DNA of 64,000 bases from Zygnema circumcarinatum SAG 698-1b (GCA_037447605.1 CM074819.1:1634297-1698296), one strand, 5' to 3'. Positions 46,023 through 60,265 are shown, counted from the first letter of the stretch. The notes: generated from the letters alone by a model not told the origin. Program-made: numbers and translations.

Positions 46023-49000
46023 TTAGGAGAGAACCCCACATTTCGGAACCCCTTTTGGAGGGGGAGGGATGTCCCCCTTCTCGCCCACCACGCGCAGATA
46101 CAACTGCAGACCGAGGTCCACGTGGGGATCCATGTGACCTGAACCAAACGGAGAACAAATTACGGAACTAGTCAGCTTTAAACTGCGCACTCTTCTGACC
46201 CCCCTGAACCCCAAGCCCCAAAATTCCGAGTTTTGAAAGGCCCCAAAACTCATCGCACAGAGGTGCTAAGAATGAGCTCACGTACAATGCATGTTCCACA
46301 CGCCCACATTGTCAGCCACGAACCGGATGGCGACCCATGTGTCGGAGTACACCGTCACCGTGTTACGGACCGGCGGATCTATGAGGTTGTATGTGTTCTC
46401 ATAGTCTTGTTCCAAGGAGATGTTGTACAGCCCCTTCCCATGGCCGACTGTATAGAAATCGTAACCATGAAGATGCCATGGATGGTGAAGGCCATTAGGG
46501 TTGTTCTGTTGTAGGCAACGAAACAGTTAAACTGTCAAACGCAGGCCGTTTAACGGAACTACCGAATATGGAAAAGGAAGTGAACAATGTGGAGTGGAGA
46601 GATAGTGGGAGAGGAAAGAGAAGAAAGAAGAAGGTAGGAGAGAGGGGAGAGAGAGAGAGAGAGGGGGAGAGAGGGAGAGAGAAATACATACTTGGAGCAC
46701 AATTTGCACAAAATCCCCCTTCTTCACTGTCAATACATTTGACCTAAACTCGGGAGTAAGTGTCCCTTCATTCTGATCAAGTACGGCAAAGTTGTGGGGG
46801 ATTTCATTTTTCTCGAAGAAGTCGGTCTGGTTCATGTACGCCTGATAGAGCGCGGGAGTGCTTGGCGCAACAAAGGAGTAGTTGTTAACGGCGTAACGAA
46901 AGTAGCCGTCCAAACTCACTTCGTTCCATTGAATGGAGAAGTAGCGATCTACCTGCATCAGCCCAAAAAGGACTTGAACAGATGAAAAGGTTAGAAATTA
47001 GGGTCTACAAGTGATGTTATCACACTGGCTGCCTTCCCTCTAATCTGCACTCTCTACCATCCCTCCCCCACTATCTCTATCTCTCTGTCTCATTCCTTCC
47101 CTCCGCCACTCCCTTCCCTCACAACCACCTTCTGTCAACATACCCTTGTATTTACTATTGTTGGTTCCGGCTTCCTCCCACCCTCCCAACCTCACTTCTC
47201 CCTCCCCAATTCGCCCCTTCCCCTTCTCCTTCTCCTCTCCCTCCTTCCTAACCCTCCCCCTATCCTTGTACGTCTCCCACTCTCCTCGTCAACTATCCCC
47301 CCTCCCTCTTTCTCCTCCCAACAAAAACAACAACATTATCAACTCCACCATCCATTATGGAGAAAGCTGCCGATTGACCTACCTTTCTCTTAGCGAGCTT
47401 CGGAAAAGTGTGAAGATTTTTAAGGGATTTCTGCTGCCTCAATCCGAAATTTTTATCACTTTCATCGGGACCAGTTGGGAATGGAAACCACCAAGGCTGA
47501 GTGTTATTGAAAACGGGCGAGTCTTCATATTTGAGCACTGCCAGACCGGGGGGGTCTACGAAAGTATTATATCTCCCATTGATACCTATCCAATAGTTTC
47601 GTGGTTTCTGATCCGCAGTGAGAAGGATATCATAAGATTGTCCGGGGTCTATATCGAGGGAGTCAACTACGACCGGTTTTAAGTACCAGCCATCATTCAT
47701 AACGAGAGTGAAATTGTGGCCCTGCATGGAGGGAGTTATAGTTGACCAGTTAAGTGGCAGAGAGGGAAAGTTAGAGAGAGAGAAATAGCAGACTTAAAGA
47801 GAGCAGAGAGAAAAACAGGGAAAGGGGAGTAGAGACAGATACAACGACGAAGTTTTGACTACGCGAAGATAGCGATGTTAAAGAACTCACGAAGATGGAA
47901 TATCATAGAGAACTTTGTTCTAGGATGGGTGTCAGTTCTGCAGCTTGCGTGTGAAAGGGAAAGAGAGGGCGAGGGGAAACGAGAGGGAGGAAGGGGAGAG
48001 AGATAGATATAGTCACGGAAGTGGAAGGGAGAGAAGGGAAAAGAGCGAAGAAGAGGAGGATCTTTTGCAGAAGTATGAAGGGTGTACTTATCCTCAGGGT
48101 TGTACCTCTATTTTGAAGTTCATTTGTGCTAATAGAGCCACATTCACAATCCGGAAGCGGTACGTTCCCCCCGGTTTCACTACAAAGGAAGAAAAGGGAT
48201 TGCAGAAGGTGCTTTTTCTGTCGCATTTTCCGCATTTCCATGTGCCTTCATATCCCGGCGGGCATACATACTGCATTTTGCATTCCAGAAAGGAAATAAA
48301 CAAAAGGAATAAAAAGAAAAGAAGTATTAAGACCCTCTCCACCTCTCCACCTCTCCCCCCCTTCCCGCCTCCCNNNNNNNNNNCTCCCTCTCTCTCTCTC
48401 TCTCTCTCTCCTCTCTCCTCTCTCTCTCTCTCTTCGACATACCTGCTTGCACCACGTTACTCCCCTTCCGTTCACGAGGATGCTATCCGGCTGACCAAGA
48501 CTCACATACGTTTTGTTGAATATTCCATCCACGATGTCGCCGCTATATCTGTTCTCCCACAACTCGACAGACCCTTACAATATATCAAATGAAATCTTTC
48601 ACAGTATCCCCAAAAAAATCTCTACCGCCCTCGCCTTCCCCCACTCTCCCAGTTTCCGTTTCGCCGTTCCCCTGCCCCCCACTTCCCTCTCCCTCTCTGC
48701 CTCTCAACTCCCTCTCCTCCCCCCTTCCTTTTTCTCTCCCTCTCTTTCCTTCTCCCTCTCTTCCCCAGTCGTCGCTCCCCCACTCCCCTTCACTCCCTCC
48801 CTCTCTCCCTCCCTCCCCTCCCTCTCTCCCTCCCTCCCCTCCGTCTCTTCCTCCCTCTCCCTCTCTCCTCACCCTCCCTCCCTCTCTCCCTCCCTCCCTC
48901 CCCTCCCTCTCTCCCTCCCTCCCTCCCTCCCCAACTAAGAGAGATCCTTGGTTACCTGTGATACCAGTCATTGAGGAGAACGTGGTAGTCGCCTGCCGGT

Positions 49001-50144
49001 TTTGGAAACGGAACCTTCGAATTTTCTTTCGGCGAAATGATGAGAGGTCCGTACAGAGACGACCTCCGAATGTCCATATGTCCATGGTACCAAAAAGTTC
49101 CATGCTGACCGTTCACCACGAAGTCATATGTGAAACATTCTCCGGTCTGAGGGCCACAAAAAGAAAAAAAGAAAAAAAAAAGGGGGGGGGGAGGGGAAAT
49201 GAATAAGACGATGCGATTAACGGAGGTTTGAGGTTTTCGGCTCCTAACAAACAATTTTCAAGATTTATGTTTTTTCAATCACAGTTATCAAGGTGGGGTA
49301 AATTTCGAGATATATGGAATTAAGGGTAAGGAAGTCAGAGGAGTAAAGGAGAGGGAGAGCGAGGAAGGAGAGGGGAAGGCGAGTGTGGTGAAACCGGGAT
49401 GCAATAGAATGGAGGGGTGAGAGGGAGAGCGAGGGAGATTGAGGGGTATCAGCCCACGAGTAGAGAAACAGAAGATTTTCCTTCTTTACAGCATAGACAA
49501 GAGGGCTCCAGCTTAAAAAAGCTAAGAAAAATAAATGTCAAATTGTGGCGTGAAATGAAAAGAGGGAGAGAGGGAGAGGGAAGGGAGAGGGAGGAGACCG
49601 GTATGGGGCACTGCGAGGCTAATGCAGCTCCGTCCATCCACTGCTGCCCCTTCATGTGCAGTCCGTGCCTGCGCAGATCCGCCGGAAACCCATATAGGAA
49701 GAGAGAGAGAGGGGGAGGGGGAGGGAGGAGGGGGAGGGAGGAGGGGCAGGGATGCAGACAGACACAGAGCCTGCTTTAGAGCGAACGAGAGCGATAGACA
49801 CAATCACAAAATAGGGAGAAGAGGGAGGGAGGGAGGGAGGGAGGGAGGGCGGGATGCTAGGAGGGGAAAAGGAGAATAAGAGAGGGGAAGGAGAGCCGCT
49901 CCTCCTACCAGTGCATGGTGATCGGCCAGTACATGTCGTTGCAGACCTTCGCACGGATTCTGTCCCCTGTTACTGCATGTATCGGCGGCCCCGGGTACTG
50001 CCCGTTTATTGCGGGCACCGTTTTAGTCACGCAGTCAGGCGCAATGGTCACATAGGACACGTTCCAAAAGACCTCCACGAGCCCTCCCTCTACCGCTCGC
50101 AGGGACCCTAAAGCTGCTACCGCAGCGACTGCCCATACCCACAT
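46023..50144 (-). CDS. Secreted multicopper oxidase (ascorbate oxidase/laccase-like)
   Basis: Signal peptide, then [23 protein letters not shown]|[76 protein letters not shown]|[11 protein letters not shown]. All four Cu-binding motifs occur across GT-AG exons. Confidence 0.93.
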
Positions 50145-50964
50145 TTTGAGCTTTCTCCGCTCTCTCTCTCTCTCTCTCTCCCTCTCACTCTTCCCTCCAG
50201 CCCTCTCTTTCCCCCACTCACTCACTCTCCCCTCACCTCTCTTCCTTCGACACTTCTCAAGCTGTCATTTCCCTCTCTCAAACTGTCTCTCTCTCCCTCT
50301 CTCTTCCCACTCGCGCTCCTCTCTCCTCGTCGACACTCCCCTCCTCCTCCCTCTCTGTCTCACTCTCTAACTCTCTCCCACTGCCGCCTCCCACTCCCTC
50401 TCTCTCTCTCTCCCACTGCCGCCTCCCTCTCCCACTCTCTCTCTCACTCTCCCACTGCCGCCTCCCTCTCCCACTCTCTCTCTCTCTCCCCCCCACTAAC
50501 CACCTCCCACTCCCACTCCCTCCCTCCCTCACTCTCTCTCCCTCAGTCACGCCCTCCCTTTCTGACCCCGACAGATCGCGCGTTGTCCCGCTGGCGGACA
50601 CTTCCAAGATTCCTCCGCGGCATCTGTGCGGTGGCGGCAGCTTTTTGGACCGGCTCTGACTAATTTTGACTAGTCATGACTAGTCTAGATCAGTCATGAC
50701 CAATTGCCACTGGTTAGCCGGTCGTGTGAGTGCATCGAAAACTTTCTGAGCTTTGCTGGATGTCGGTGCTTGTCAATACGTGTCGGTGCGTGTCGGTGAA
50801 TGTCGGTGAGGGACAATCTTCGACAAAATGCTTGGGTGCTGCATCGGCAGGCCTCTACAATTTAGGGGAATCCGTACGAGGTCCCTTAAATATTCAAAAA
50901 CGATTCTAGGCCGTTCCATATCTCTGTAAGGGTGAATAAGGGATTGTCGGAAATGACACAATTA

Positions 50965-51168
50965 GGGGGGGGGATCAGACATTGACCATGGCCGTACTAA
51001 ATTCCCGAATTCAGTATACTAAAAGTCAAAGTTTCATGTACGAATTCCGAGTCGGGATCCGCGATTCATCCGTACACAGCCGTACCGAAATGCGTACCTA
51101 GCCAATGCTTGATTCGCCCGACAGGCTTACTAAATTGATTCGACCATGGTCAATGTCTGACCCCCCCC
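50965..51168. mobile_element. MITE related to family 1 (TIR GGGGG..TCAGACATTGACCATGG)
   Basis: Inverted termini tcagacattgaccatgg / ccatggtcaatgtctga with G/C runs. Confidence 0.7.
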
Positions 51169-51258
51169 ACTGTACAAATACTAGACGATCACTGTTTACG
51201 GGAAATACAGTCACGGCTGAAACCTAAGACTTACTGACGTTTTCTATGTCTTACATTA

Positions 51259-51679
51259 GGGCGTGTCAGACTTAAAAAATTCTCGTAATACTAAAAACTC
51301 GATATTCGTAACATTTCGAGTCAACGTCAGTAAAACTAAAATTCCCGAGCCTAGTTTTTCGCACTCGCGGCGCGGTCCTGTTCGCACTCCGCGATCGCCG
51401 TCTTCGCACTTCTCCAAACGCCGTCTTCGCNNNNNNNNNNTCTTCGCACGTCCATTTCGGCGCCTCTTTTGGGTGCGAACAAAATCGTGCGAAGAAATGC
51501 AATTTCAGTAAACCCCACAGGTCAATCTTCGCAACGTTGACCCGTTGACTTAGTACAGTTGACTTCCGTTCGGTTCGGTTTAGGTTCGGGGGCGCGATGA
51601 TTTTTAGTACTTAGTAACCTCGATTCTCGTAATACTAAAAACTCGATATTCGTAACATTTTGTTAAGTCTGACACGCCC
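51259..51679. mobile_element. MITE family 2 (TIR GGGCGTGTCAGACTTAA), TA-flanked, spans an N gap
   Basis: tagggcgtgtcagacttaa ... ttaagtctgacacgcccta. Confidence 0.8.
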
Positions 51680-51715
51680 TATTCCTTTAAATCGGAGGGG
51701 AAATCTTAAATAATA

Positions 51716-51992
51716 GGGGGAGTCAGACCTTGACCAGCGCCAAACCAATTCCGCGAGCCCGTCGGGCCAATTCCACGTTGTACGGCAGGCCTTTTTCGCC
51801 AAAAGTGGACGTTCGACAGGCTCGGGCGCCGAGCCTGTATCTCATTTTTGTAACCTATTTCGAAGTACGGACGGGACAAACAGGTTCGGGGGGAGCCGCG
51901 GTTTCCGACCCGAATTCTGCAATCGAAATCAATACCTTTCCGCCGGCGGAATCTTTCAATTCCGCGGGCGATGGTCAAGGTCTGACTCCCCC
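51716..51992. mobile_element. MITE family 1, 277 bp
   Basis: TIRs and internal sequence near-identical to 54439-54715 and (reverse) 44964-45240. Confidence 0.9.
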
Positions 51993-53267
51993 TAATACTT
52001 TAAATACTTTTTTAAGGGAATTCCCTTATTTGTAGAGGCCTTCATCGGGCGTAACAGCTTCGGCAAGGGTTCGACGAAGGTTCAGCGAAGGTTCGGCTGC
52101 CGCCGAAAGCGACAGCTACCGAACGGCGATGCGGGAGACGACCGCGGCCGCTAACGACAAACGTACCGAGCTCGCCGCAGGAGGCGGCCATGGCGGCCGG
52201 CTCGTTCCCTCCCTCCACCGTGCGGGCACGGCGGGTTGGCCACTCTCTCTCTCTTTTTTTCTCTATCTCTCTCTCTCTCCCTCTCACTTGTTTCCTCTCA
52301 CTCTAACCCATTCTCCCTCTCAGCCCTTCCCTCGATCTCTTTCGTCCCTGACGTCTCTTGTTGTCCTTCTCACTCACTGTGTCTCTCTCGTTCTCTGCCC
52401 GTGTCTCTCTCTCTCTGCCCTTCCCCCCCTCCTCATCCCTCTCGCTGCCCTCCTTTCTCTCTCGTTGCTATTTTTTTCTCTATCTCTCTCTCTTTCTCCC
52501 TATCTAGTTGCGGGGAAGGTGAGGCACAAAGAAGGAGAGACGGAGTCGCGAGGACGAGAGAAAGAGAGGGAGAGGTGGGGAGCGAGCGAGTCTTTATCAG
52601 TCTCTTGCAGTCGTCGGACGGTGCCGCCGAACCTTCTCGATGGGTGGGCCAAGGAGGGGTCGGGAAGGAACGCGCAGGCAGGCGGGCAGCCGCACACCGA
52701 GCGATGGCCCGCGGGGTGGGGATGGAGGGAGGAGAGAGGGGGAAGGGGGAGNNNNNNNNNNGGGAGGGGGAGGGAAGGGGAAATAAAAAATCTGAAATTC
52801 GAGTGTGTGTGTTTTCGTTATTCAACCTTGAAACGCGATCGATCGGTGGCTGACAACAGCTTTTATAAATCCGAGGGCCCAAAAGCAACAATGTATCCGC
52901 CTCTGGGGAGAGAGGAGAGGAAGGGAAACGGGAGAGAGGGAGAGAGGCCCCGGCCCCTTCTCCGTCCTTTCGGGTCGGTTGGTCGGTCGGCAAGTGTCGG
53001 CAGCCCTCCCTATTGGTCAACCGGCGGCGCCGCCCGCCAGCTGGCGGGCCGCCACTGGCGGAACTAGCCGATGTTTTTTTTTCACTTCCTGCGCGTCACG
53101 TGGCGCGCATCCATTGGCCCGTTTGCAGCTGCAAATTTTTTCTTTCCCGAGCCGCGTTTCGTCCGCCCATGGCTCTTACCGGCCGTCCGTGGGTCCGCTC
53201 GGAGCGGGTACTCCTCGATTTTCCATGTTTATCTAGACCGAGTACTCCTCCGCGCGCGATCGTAATA

Positions 53268-53646
53268 GGGGGGGTTAGACCTTGACCATCGCCAAACCAA
53301 TTTCGTAAGCCCGTCGGGCCTATTCCGCCGTGTACGGCAGGCCTTTTTCGCAAAAAGTGGCCGTTCGGCAGGTTCGGGCGCCGCGAATTCAAGAAAATAA
53401 TTATTTTACCTTCGTATCTCCGAGCCAGGTCTGACCCCCCCCTTTTCGCCCCGCCGCGCTCCCTCCGCCGCCCGCCGCCTGCCGCCCNNNNNNNNNNATT
53501 TTTGTAACCTATTCCATAGTACGGACGGGACATGACAGGTTCGGGGGAGCCGCGGCTTCCGAACCGAAACCTGGAAACGAAATCAATACCTTTCCGTATA
53601 GGGAATCTTTGAATTTCGTAAGCGATGGTCAAGGTCTGACCCCCCC
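53268..53646. mobile_element. Diverged MITE family 1 copy (spans an N gap)
   Basis: gggggggttagaccttgaccatcg ... cgatggtcaaggtctgaccccccc, TA flanks. Confidence 0.75.
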
Positions 53647-54438
53647 TATTAGGGTACGAGTACGTATTTTGTTGCTTACGGGATTCCGCAGTTTTACTGA
53701 GAGTCGTGTAGTCTGACAGTTCAAGATAACTAGAACAACGGGTTCCGTGTTTTGTACTGTGGCTTTTTCACCTGTAGGTGTGTTCTTACTCATCCGTATA
53801 TATATAAATAGGTACGGGCACACCCCTCCCCGTCATTTTCTCCCGAAAAGTCGGCTCATCGGTCGGACCAGCCCATCCGTACACTTTCTGTACGGTTTCA
53901 CCGGCCGCCGGCCGTTGCCAGCCCGTTTGGGTCCTGAACTCCTGCCGGCGGCGAGGCGCCAGTCGCTGTATGGCCGGCAGCGGTCAGCCGGTCAGTCGGT
54001 GAGTCGGTGCCGGCCGTCGGGTGGTCGGCCGGCAGAGGTGGACCCGTCAACTTGCAGCGGTTGGCGGCCGGCTTTCAACTGACAAGAGAAATCGGCGACA
54101 TGTGATTGGTCGGTGGTCTGGAATGTGCGCTTATCGCATTATATGTGACAAAGTGAAATTTTTCCTAAAGTCACAAATTTGGAGCTTCGAGATACTACGG
54201 GGAAGGTCCGCTTGATAAAGTGAATACAATGTCTCTTTGCTTCGCTGCACGCCGAAGGATGGTGGAAGCAAGGCACCGCTGCAAAGCGACGGAAATGCGC
54301 TGTCGATAAAAAAGTTGCAAGGATCGCTGGGGAAGGGCTTTCGGGGCCGTGCGCGTATCTCAAAGGAGCGGTGGGCGCACTGGCGAAGGAAGACATCCAA
54401 CCGAGCATCGAGACAGCCAAAATTTTCGACAGCCAATA

Positions 54439-54715
54439 GGGGGAGTCAGACCTTGACCAGCGCCAAATCAATTCCGCGAGCCCGTCGGGCCAATTCCGCG
54501 TTGTACGGCAGGCCTTTTCCGCCAAAAGTGGACGTTCGACAGGCTCGGGCGCCGAGCCTGTATCTCATTTTTGTAACCTATTTCGAAGTACGGACGGGAC
54601 AGACAGGTTCGGGGGGAGCCGCGGTTTCCGACTCGAATTCTGCAATCGAAATCAATACCTTTCCGCCGGCGGAAACTTTCAATTCCGCGGGCGATGGTCA
54701 AGGTCTGACTCCCCC
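54439..54715. mobile_element. MITE family 1, 277 bp
   Basis: TIR GGGGGAGTCAGACCTTGACCA at both ends, TA flanks. Confidence 0.9.
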
Positions 54716-55929
54716 TAATGGAATAAACTCATCGGCAGAGTCGCTGACAACATCCCCGAAAATACGCCGAGAACCGTCGAAAACAAAATAAAGCAACGAT
54801 AGTATATTGTATCTACTGTACATTTTTAGTCTTTATCGAGGCTGGCCATTACGCTTCGTTGACTTTATCGAGGTGTGCTCGGCTTGACTTAAGCAGCTTT
54901 GAGCCGCTGGGATCGTCCCTCTCAGGTACTGCAATTATTGGTCGCAAAATATTGACTTTTAGTCGAATAATTGGTTCTTTCTCTGAGTTTTTGACTGTTT
55001 TCCTTCCAGAATTAAACCCTAAAAACACAAACTTGCAAATTAGGAGCCTCTTAGGAAGGTTTAATGAAAACTGAAAACGTACATTTGGCAAACACCACTG
55101 ACTTAGTAAGATCTTGCTACTAGGGTTTTTTTTGCGTGTGGTCGATTGAGTTCCCCATAACCTTTCAATTCCTGTTCTGAAAACAACAAAAACCAAAACA
55201 ACAACAAAAAAAAAAAAAAACAAAAAAACAGCAAAAAACAAGAACAACAACAGCATTACACGCAAAATCTCGCATGTGAGAAAAAAAAGTATCATCGAAA
55301 ACAAGCGTTCCTCTCCCATTCTCTCCCCCACCGCTTTACCCCAACGCACGAAAATATGTGCCCTGCCAACCAACCTATATAAAAAAAAACAATGACCGGC
55401 ACCAATCAGATCCCTCCCTCCACCTCCCCAGCCTCCGGGACAAATTAAAAAAAGAAAAAAAAAAGAAAGAAACTAAGAATAATTCCTAATACCAAGCCTC
55501 GCGGGCCGTAGTAGACCTCCCCTTAGTCACTACTCAGTGCAAATTGGCACTTTTTGCCAACCTCCCCTCCTCCCTCCAAACCCTAAAACAGAGAGGCCCA
55601 TCCTCCTCTTCTCTCCACCTCAAACGCTGCCCCTGCAAGTCACTTAGCTCACATCACATGAGCCTCTGCTCTTCCCCCCCTTACCCTCCCTCTCACCCTC
55701 TCACCCTCTCGCTCTCTCTCCCTCTGCTTCCCCCCCACTCTCTCACCTCATCCTTCTCCCTCGCCTCTGCATACCCTTCTCAATCATTTCTCCTCCCAAG
55801 TCACAAGTACTGCACATAGTACCTCCCCCCCCCCCCTCTCCCTCCCTCCCACAATCCCTCCCTCCCTCCCTCCCTCCCCCCCTCCCTCCCTCTTCCCCTC
55901 TCCCTCACCTCTCCTACCCCACTCTCAGC

Positions 55930-57129
55930 TCAGCTCCCAGAGCTCCTCAAGTACTCCCGATTCTCCCGCAAGTGTTGCAACAACTGCGAAGCCTTTCTCT
56001 TTGCTCTCGGCGTTCCGTTCCGTAGTAAACTACTGAGAGGGACATCTGTGTTCAGTTTGATGGCCTCTTCCGTGTGATTTGCTCCGTTCAAGCAGAGCGA
56101 AAGAAGAACTGAAGCAGCATTCTCCTTATTCCGAGGAGACCCATTTCCTATTAAATCTACGAGAACGGGAACTGCTGCTGCTTGTCCAATAGAAGTCCTC
56201 CCCTCCAAACAAGTCGCAAGTATGGCTAAAATTGCCAATGCTTCATCGGTCATTCCTGCTCTCCTGTTCACCAAAAGCTCCATTAAGGGTCCCACCACTC
56301 CTGCTCTCACAGCTCTCGCCTTATTCCCTTGGTAGATTGACAGGTTGAACAAAGCAGTAGCTGCATCTTTTTTCCCTCTCACTGTTCCCGTCTGCAGTAG
56401 CTCCACCAATGCAGGAATTGCTCCTGTCTGTCCGATAGAAATTTTATTCTCGTCGATGACCGACAAACTGAACAGCGTTGCAGCTGCGTTCTCCCTCGCT
56501 TCCATGCTTCCGTTTTTCAGTACATCCACGATGGGTTCTATGGCTCCCGCCGACACAATTATAGCCTTGTTTGGATCGTTTATAGAGAGGTTTAGCAGAG
56601 CTGTAACTGCATGCTCTTGGGTTTTCTTATCGGGAGACCCTAAAAGACCCACTAGTAAAGGAATCACCCCTGCATCCGCAATACAAACCCTATTCCCCAT
56701 ACTCCTTTTTGCCAATTTCCGAAGATCTTCGGCTGCTATCCTCTGTATATCCGTACCTCCCGTGAGCAATTTTTCCTTCAATTCTCGCACCAATTGTCGG
56801 TCTCCCGCATCTCCGTTCCCGAGAGCGGAACTGGGGACACGTGCCACCCCCCCCCTGTTGGCCTTCTTTGGAAGCTCTACTCCGTTAGCTTCACACCACT
56901 GCTGGATAAGACTTCGGAGAGAGTAGTTGGGGATGAGGACGGGGTGGGAGAGGACTTGTTGGGTTTTGGGACAGGTCTTGTGGCCCTCCTTCAGCCACTG
57001 CCTACGTACCGTCAACATGTCTGAGTGGCATGAGGGGAGTGAGAGAGAGAGAGAGAGCGAGAGAGAGAGAGAGGGAGAGAGAGAGAGAGAGCAGAGAGAG
57101 AGAGAGAGCGAGAGAGAGAGAGAGCAGGC

Positions 57130-57174
<45 letters not shown>

Positions 57175-57205
57175 GAGTATATATATATATATATATATAT
57201 AGGCA

Positions 57206-57265
<60 letters not shown>

Positions 57266-57284
57266 TGGCAGGCGTGTTATATGG

Positions 57285-57328
<44 letters not shown>

Positions 57329-57736
57329 CAAGTAAGTAAGTATAAGAAAAAAAGGTATAAGAAAGTGGGTAAAAGAAAAGGTTTTATTTACTTGAGTGCC
57401 AGTCCCGACTGGGAAGGTGAGGGATGGGAGGTGGGGTGATCGAGAGAGGGGAGAGAGTGGGAGAGGAGAGATGAAGTGATTCGCAATGGAAAAAGAACTT
57501 CAGCAGAGGAGCAGCAGAGAGAAGAGTGTCGGTAGCACGAAGAGTATTTCAACAAGAGCATTATGAAGATTTAGCTTCCATATCATACCAAGAAATGCAG
57601 CAAAACACAAAAAAAATCAGAAAGGAAACGAAGTTTCGTTGCTATTTGACTTCTTTCATCCACTTCAACACTACCACTCCTCTCCCATCTTCCCAAAATT
57701 TAGCCAATTCTAACTTAAAACTCCTTTGAAAACTAC

Positions 57737-57819
<83 letters not shown>

Positions 57820-58528
57820 CGCCACCCTCCCACCCTCACCTGGCCAGTGGAGACAATAACCGGATCCCGCATAAGCTCGAGCGAAATCGGACACTTAAAA
57901 TCATCCGGCGGCTGAACTCCTCCCGCACTCCCTCCCTTCCCTCCCACTCCCCCTCCCTCTCCCCCTCCCGTTTCTGTGTCTGTCTCCTCGTCGCTGTCCG
58001 TTCCACCCAAACTGATTTTCAACCGTTTCAACAGAGAAATGGCCTGTACCATAACAGCCACCTCCTTCTCATTGCAATTCTCCTCCGCCTTTTTCCTCTC
58101 CCTCTCAAGAGCCCTAATTTCTTTGTTCGCTACCGGTAAAGAAGTAATTCCCAATTTACCCATAATGGGGTCTAATAGACCCGGATCTGCCGTCCCCTCC
58201 CTATCTTCCTCAAGAAGAGCTTTTATATCTGACTCCAATTGCTCCTCCTGAGCGTCTTCCATGTTCTTTGCTCGTTTCAGTTGAGCGTGGACCAACTGAG
58301 CCTGCGAACATGGAACAAAGGGGGCCACTAGTGATGAATTTGATGAATTTACAGCAAAACTCCGCACATTTTTATGATTGAAGGAAGGATTGTTTGAAAG
58401 GTAAGTTTGGGTTATTGAACTACGGAGGTTGAGTGAAAGGAGGAGATTCTTTGATAGGATGTTTGATGAAAGAAAGCTAGCGTGTCACGTGGCAGAAACA
58501 AAAGAGTATACTTGTGTGTGATAGAGTG

Positions 58529-58577
<49 letters not shown>

Positions 58578-60265
58578 GAGGGGGTGGGGAGAGGGACAGG
58601 GAGAGGAGGGCTGGCTTACTTGCTCTTGAATCTCAACGGAAACTGCCAACAAATCCAGAGGCAGTCCATCCAACGCTCTGCTCAGTTCCGCAGTCAACTC
58701 CGCAAACCGCCTTCCCATCGCCTCTCTCTCCATCACCTGTTTTACATTCAATAACAAAGAATCTAAGTCAACACCAGACCTTCATCTTTAAAAACATATT
58801 CCACCCGACCAGACATGCTTCTCAATCCCTAAGACATCATCCCAAAGTCATACATGATCATATCTAGCCCAACCAACCAGCATCATCCCCCAATTCTGCA
58901 TCACTTCTGCCTCCCTCACATCACTTTCAGTACCTCATCAACCTGCCCACCCTTCCACATAGTGCGAATTGTACATCATCTTGGTCCCACCCTACATCAT
59001 CCTAGATACCCATAACATCACCCTGCCCATCTCCCTGCCAACTCTAACATCCTTCCTCTGCACTACCACACGACCTTTGCTAACCCTACATAATCCTTCC
59101 TAACACCACATCACCATGACCTACCGTACATCCCACTGCACCTTGCCCTACATCATCCTGAGACAAATCCTACAGCTTCCTGCCAACCTCACAACACCAA
59201 CTCAACCCCTACATCACCTTCGTCAAATCCTACAATTTCCTATCAATTTCTGAACAGACTAACACTCTCTGTTTCCCAATTCACTCCTTCCCCCAACCCT
59301 CCAACTTCCTCACCTCTCACACATCCCCAACTCCCTTCCTCCCATTTCCCCCCCACCCTGCATCTCCCTGTCAATCTCTACATCACCCTTCTTACATCAC
59401 CCTAATCTACCCCTACCTCTACCCTACAAGCCCCAGTCCCATCATCCTCCCCGTTCCTTACCAACCTAACCTCCCGGACCCCACTTTTCCATCCCCTCTT
59501 CTCCCTATGTCACCCGTACCAACTCCACCTCTCACTTACCCTTCCCATCTCCTCACTATCTGAAGGACTCTAAATCTCCCTCTCACTCCCTAGTCGGCCT
59601 CCCACCCCCATAAAATATCCCCCCCCCCCTCCGCCGCCACCCCCCCGCCCCCAACCAAACTAACCCAACTCCACATGTTACGCTGCCTTGACCAATCCCC
59701 TCCTCACCCTCTCTGCAGCCCTAATCGGGGCAAAAAGAAACTCCACACTCCCTACCCTCCCCCAACCCCCCGTGCATCTTCAAACCCTAATTCACACTCT
59801 CTACCAACCCTCCCCCTTCTCCTCCACTCCCCTCCCCCTCCCCTCTCTCCCTCTCCCTTTCCCTCCTCCCTTACCTCTCCTTTNNNNNNNNNNCCTCCCC
59901 CTCCCTCTTCCCCTCCCCCTTCCCCGCCCCCCCCCCAAAACCCTAATTTCCCCCCTTCCCCCCCTCCCCCCCCTCACCATGTAAAGGCGCGAGGACGTCT
60001 TGCAGTCCTCGAGCACTTGGCGGCTCGCGCGGAAGGCCGCGCGCAGGTCCTGAAAGCGCACGAGCGCGGCCGGCGGGAGGGGGCTCTTCACTTCGCGGAT
60101 CTCCTCGAAGAGCGGCGAGAGGAGCTTCACGAGCCGCGTGAGGTTCCAGCAGCTCTTCTTGTGGCTCTTCACCTCCTCGCCCGCCGCGGCTATGGCTGCC
60201 ACAAGCTTCAGGAGCTCGTCCACCAGAGCCATGGAGGACGACGTGGCCATCTTGTGCGGCGACAT
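55930..60265 (-). CDS. Plant U-box/ARM E3 ubiquitin ligase, PUB13/PUB14-like (UND + U-box + ARM repeats)
   Basis: Exons ~59979-60265 (KKSCWNLTRLVKLLSPLFEEIRE..SSRLYM), ~58620-58736, ~57840-58301 (PPDDFKCPISLELMRDPVIVSTGQ), ~55930-57020 (WLKEGHKTCPKTQQ..LIPNYSLRSLIQQWCEANG; ARM: TQEHAVTALLNLSI, ARENAAATLFSLS, RGKKDAATALFNL). The junction near 57000-57020 is defective as assembled. Confidence 0.92.
57040..57330. repeat. Compound microsatellite (GA)n-(TA)n-(GCAG)n in a PUB intron
   Basis: Directly visible. Confidence 0.95.

Noticed and set aside
52042-53067. GC-rich ORFs and a CT-rich leader suggesting a gene start
   Set aside because: No recognisable protein similarity, interrupted by an N gap and bounded by MITEs.
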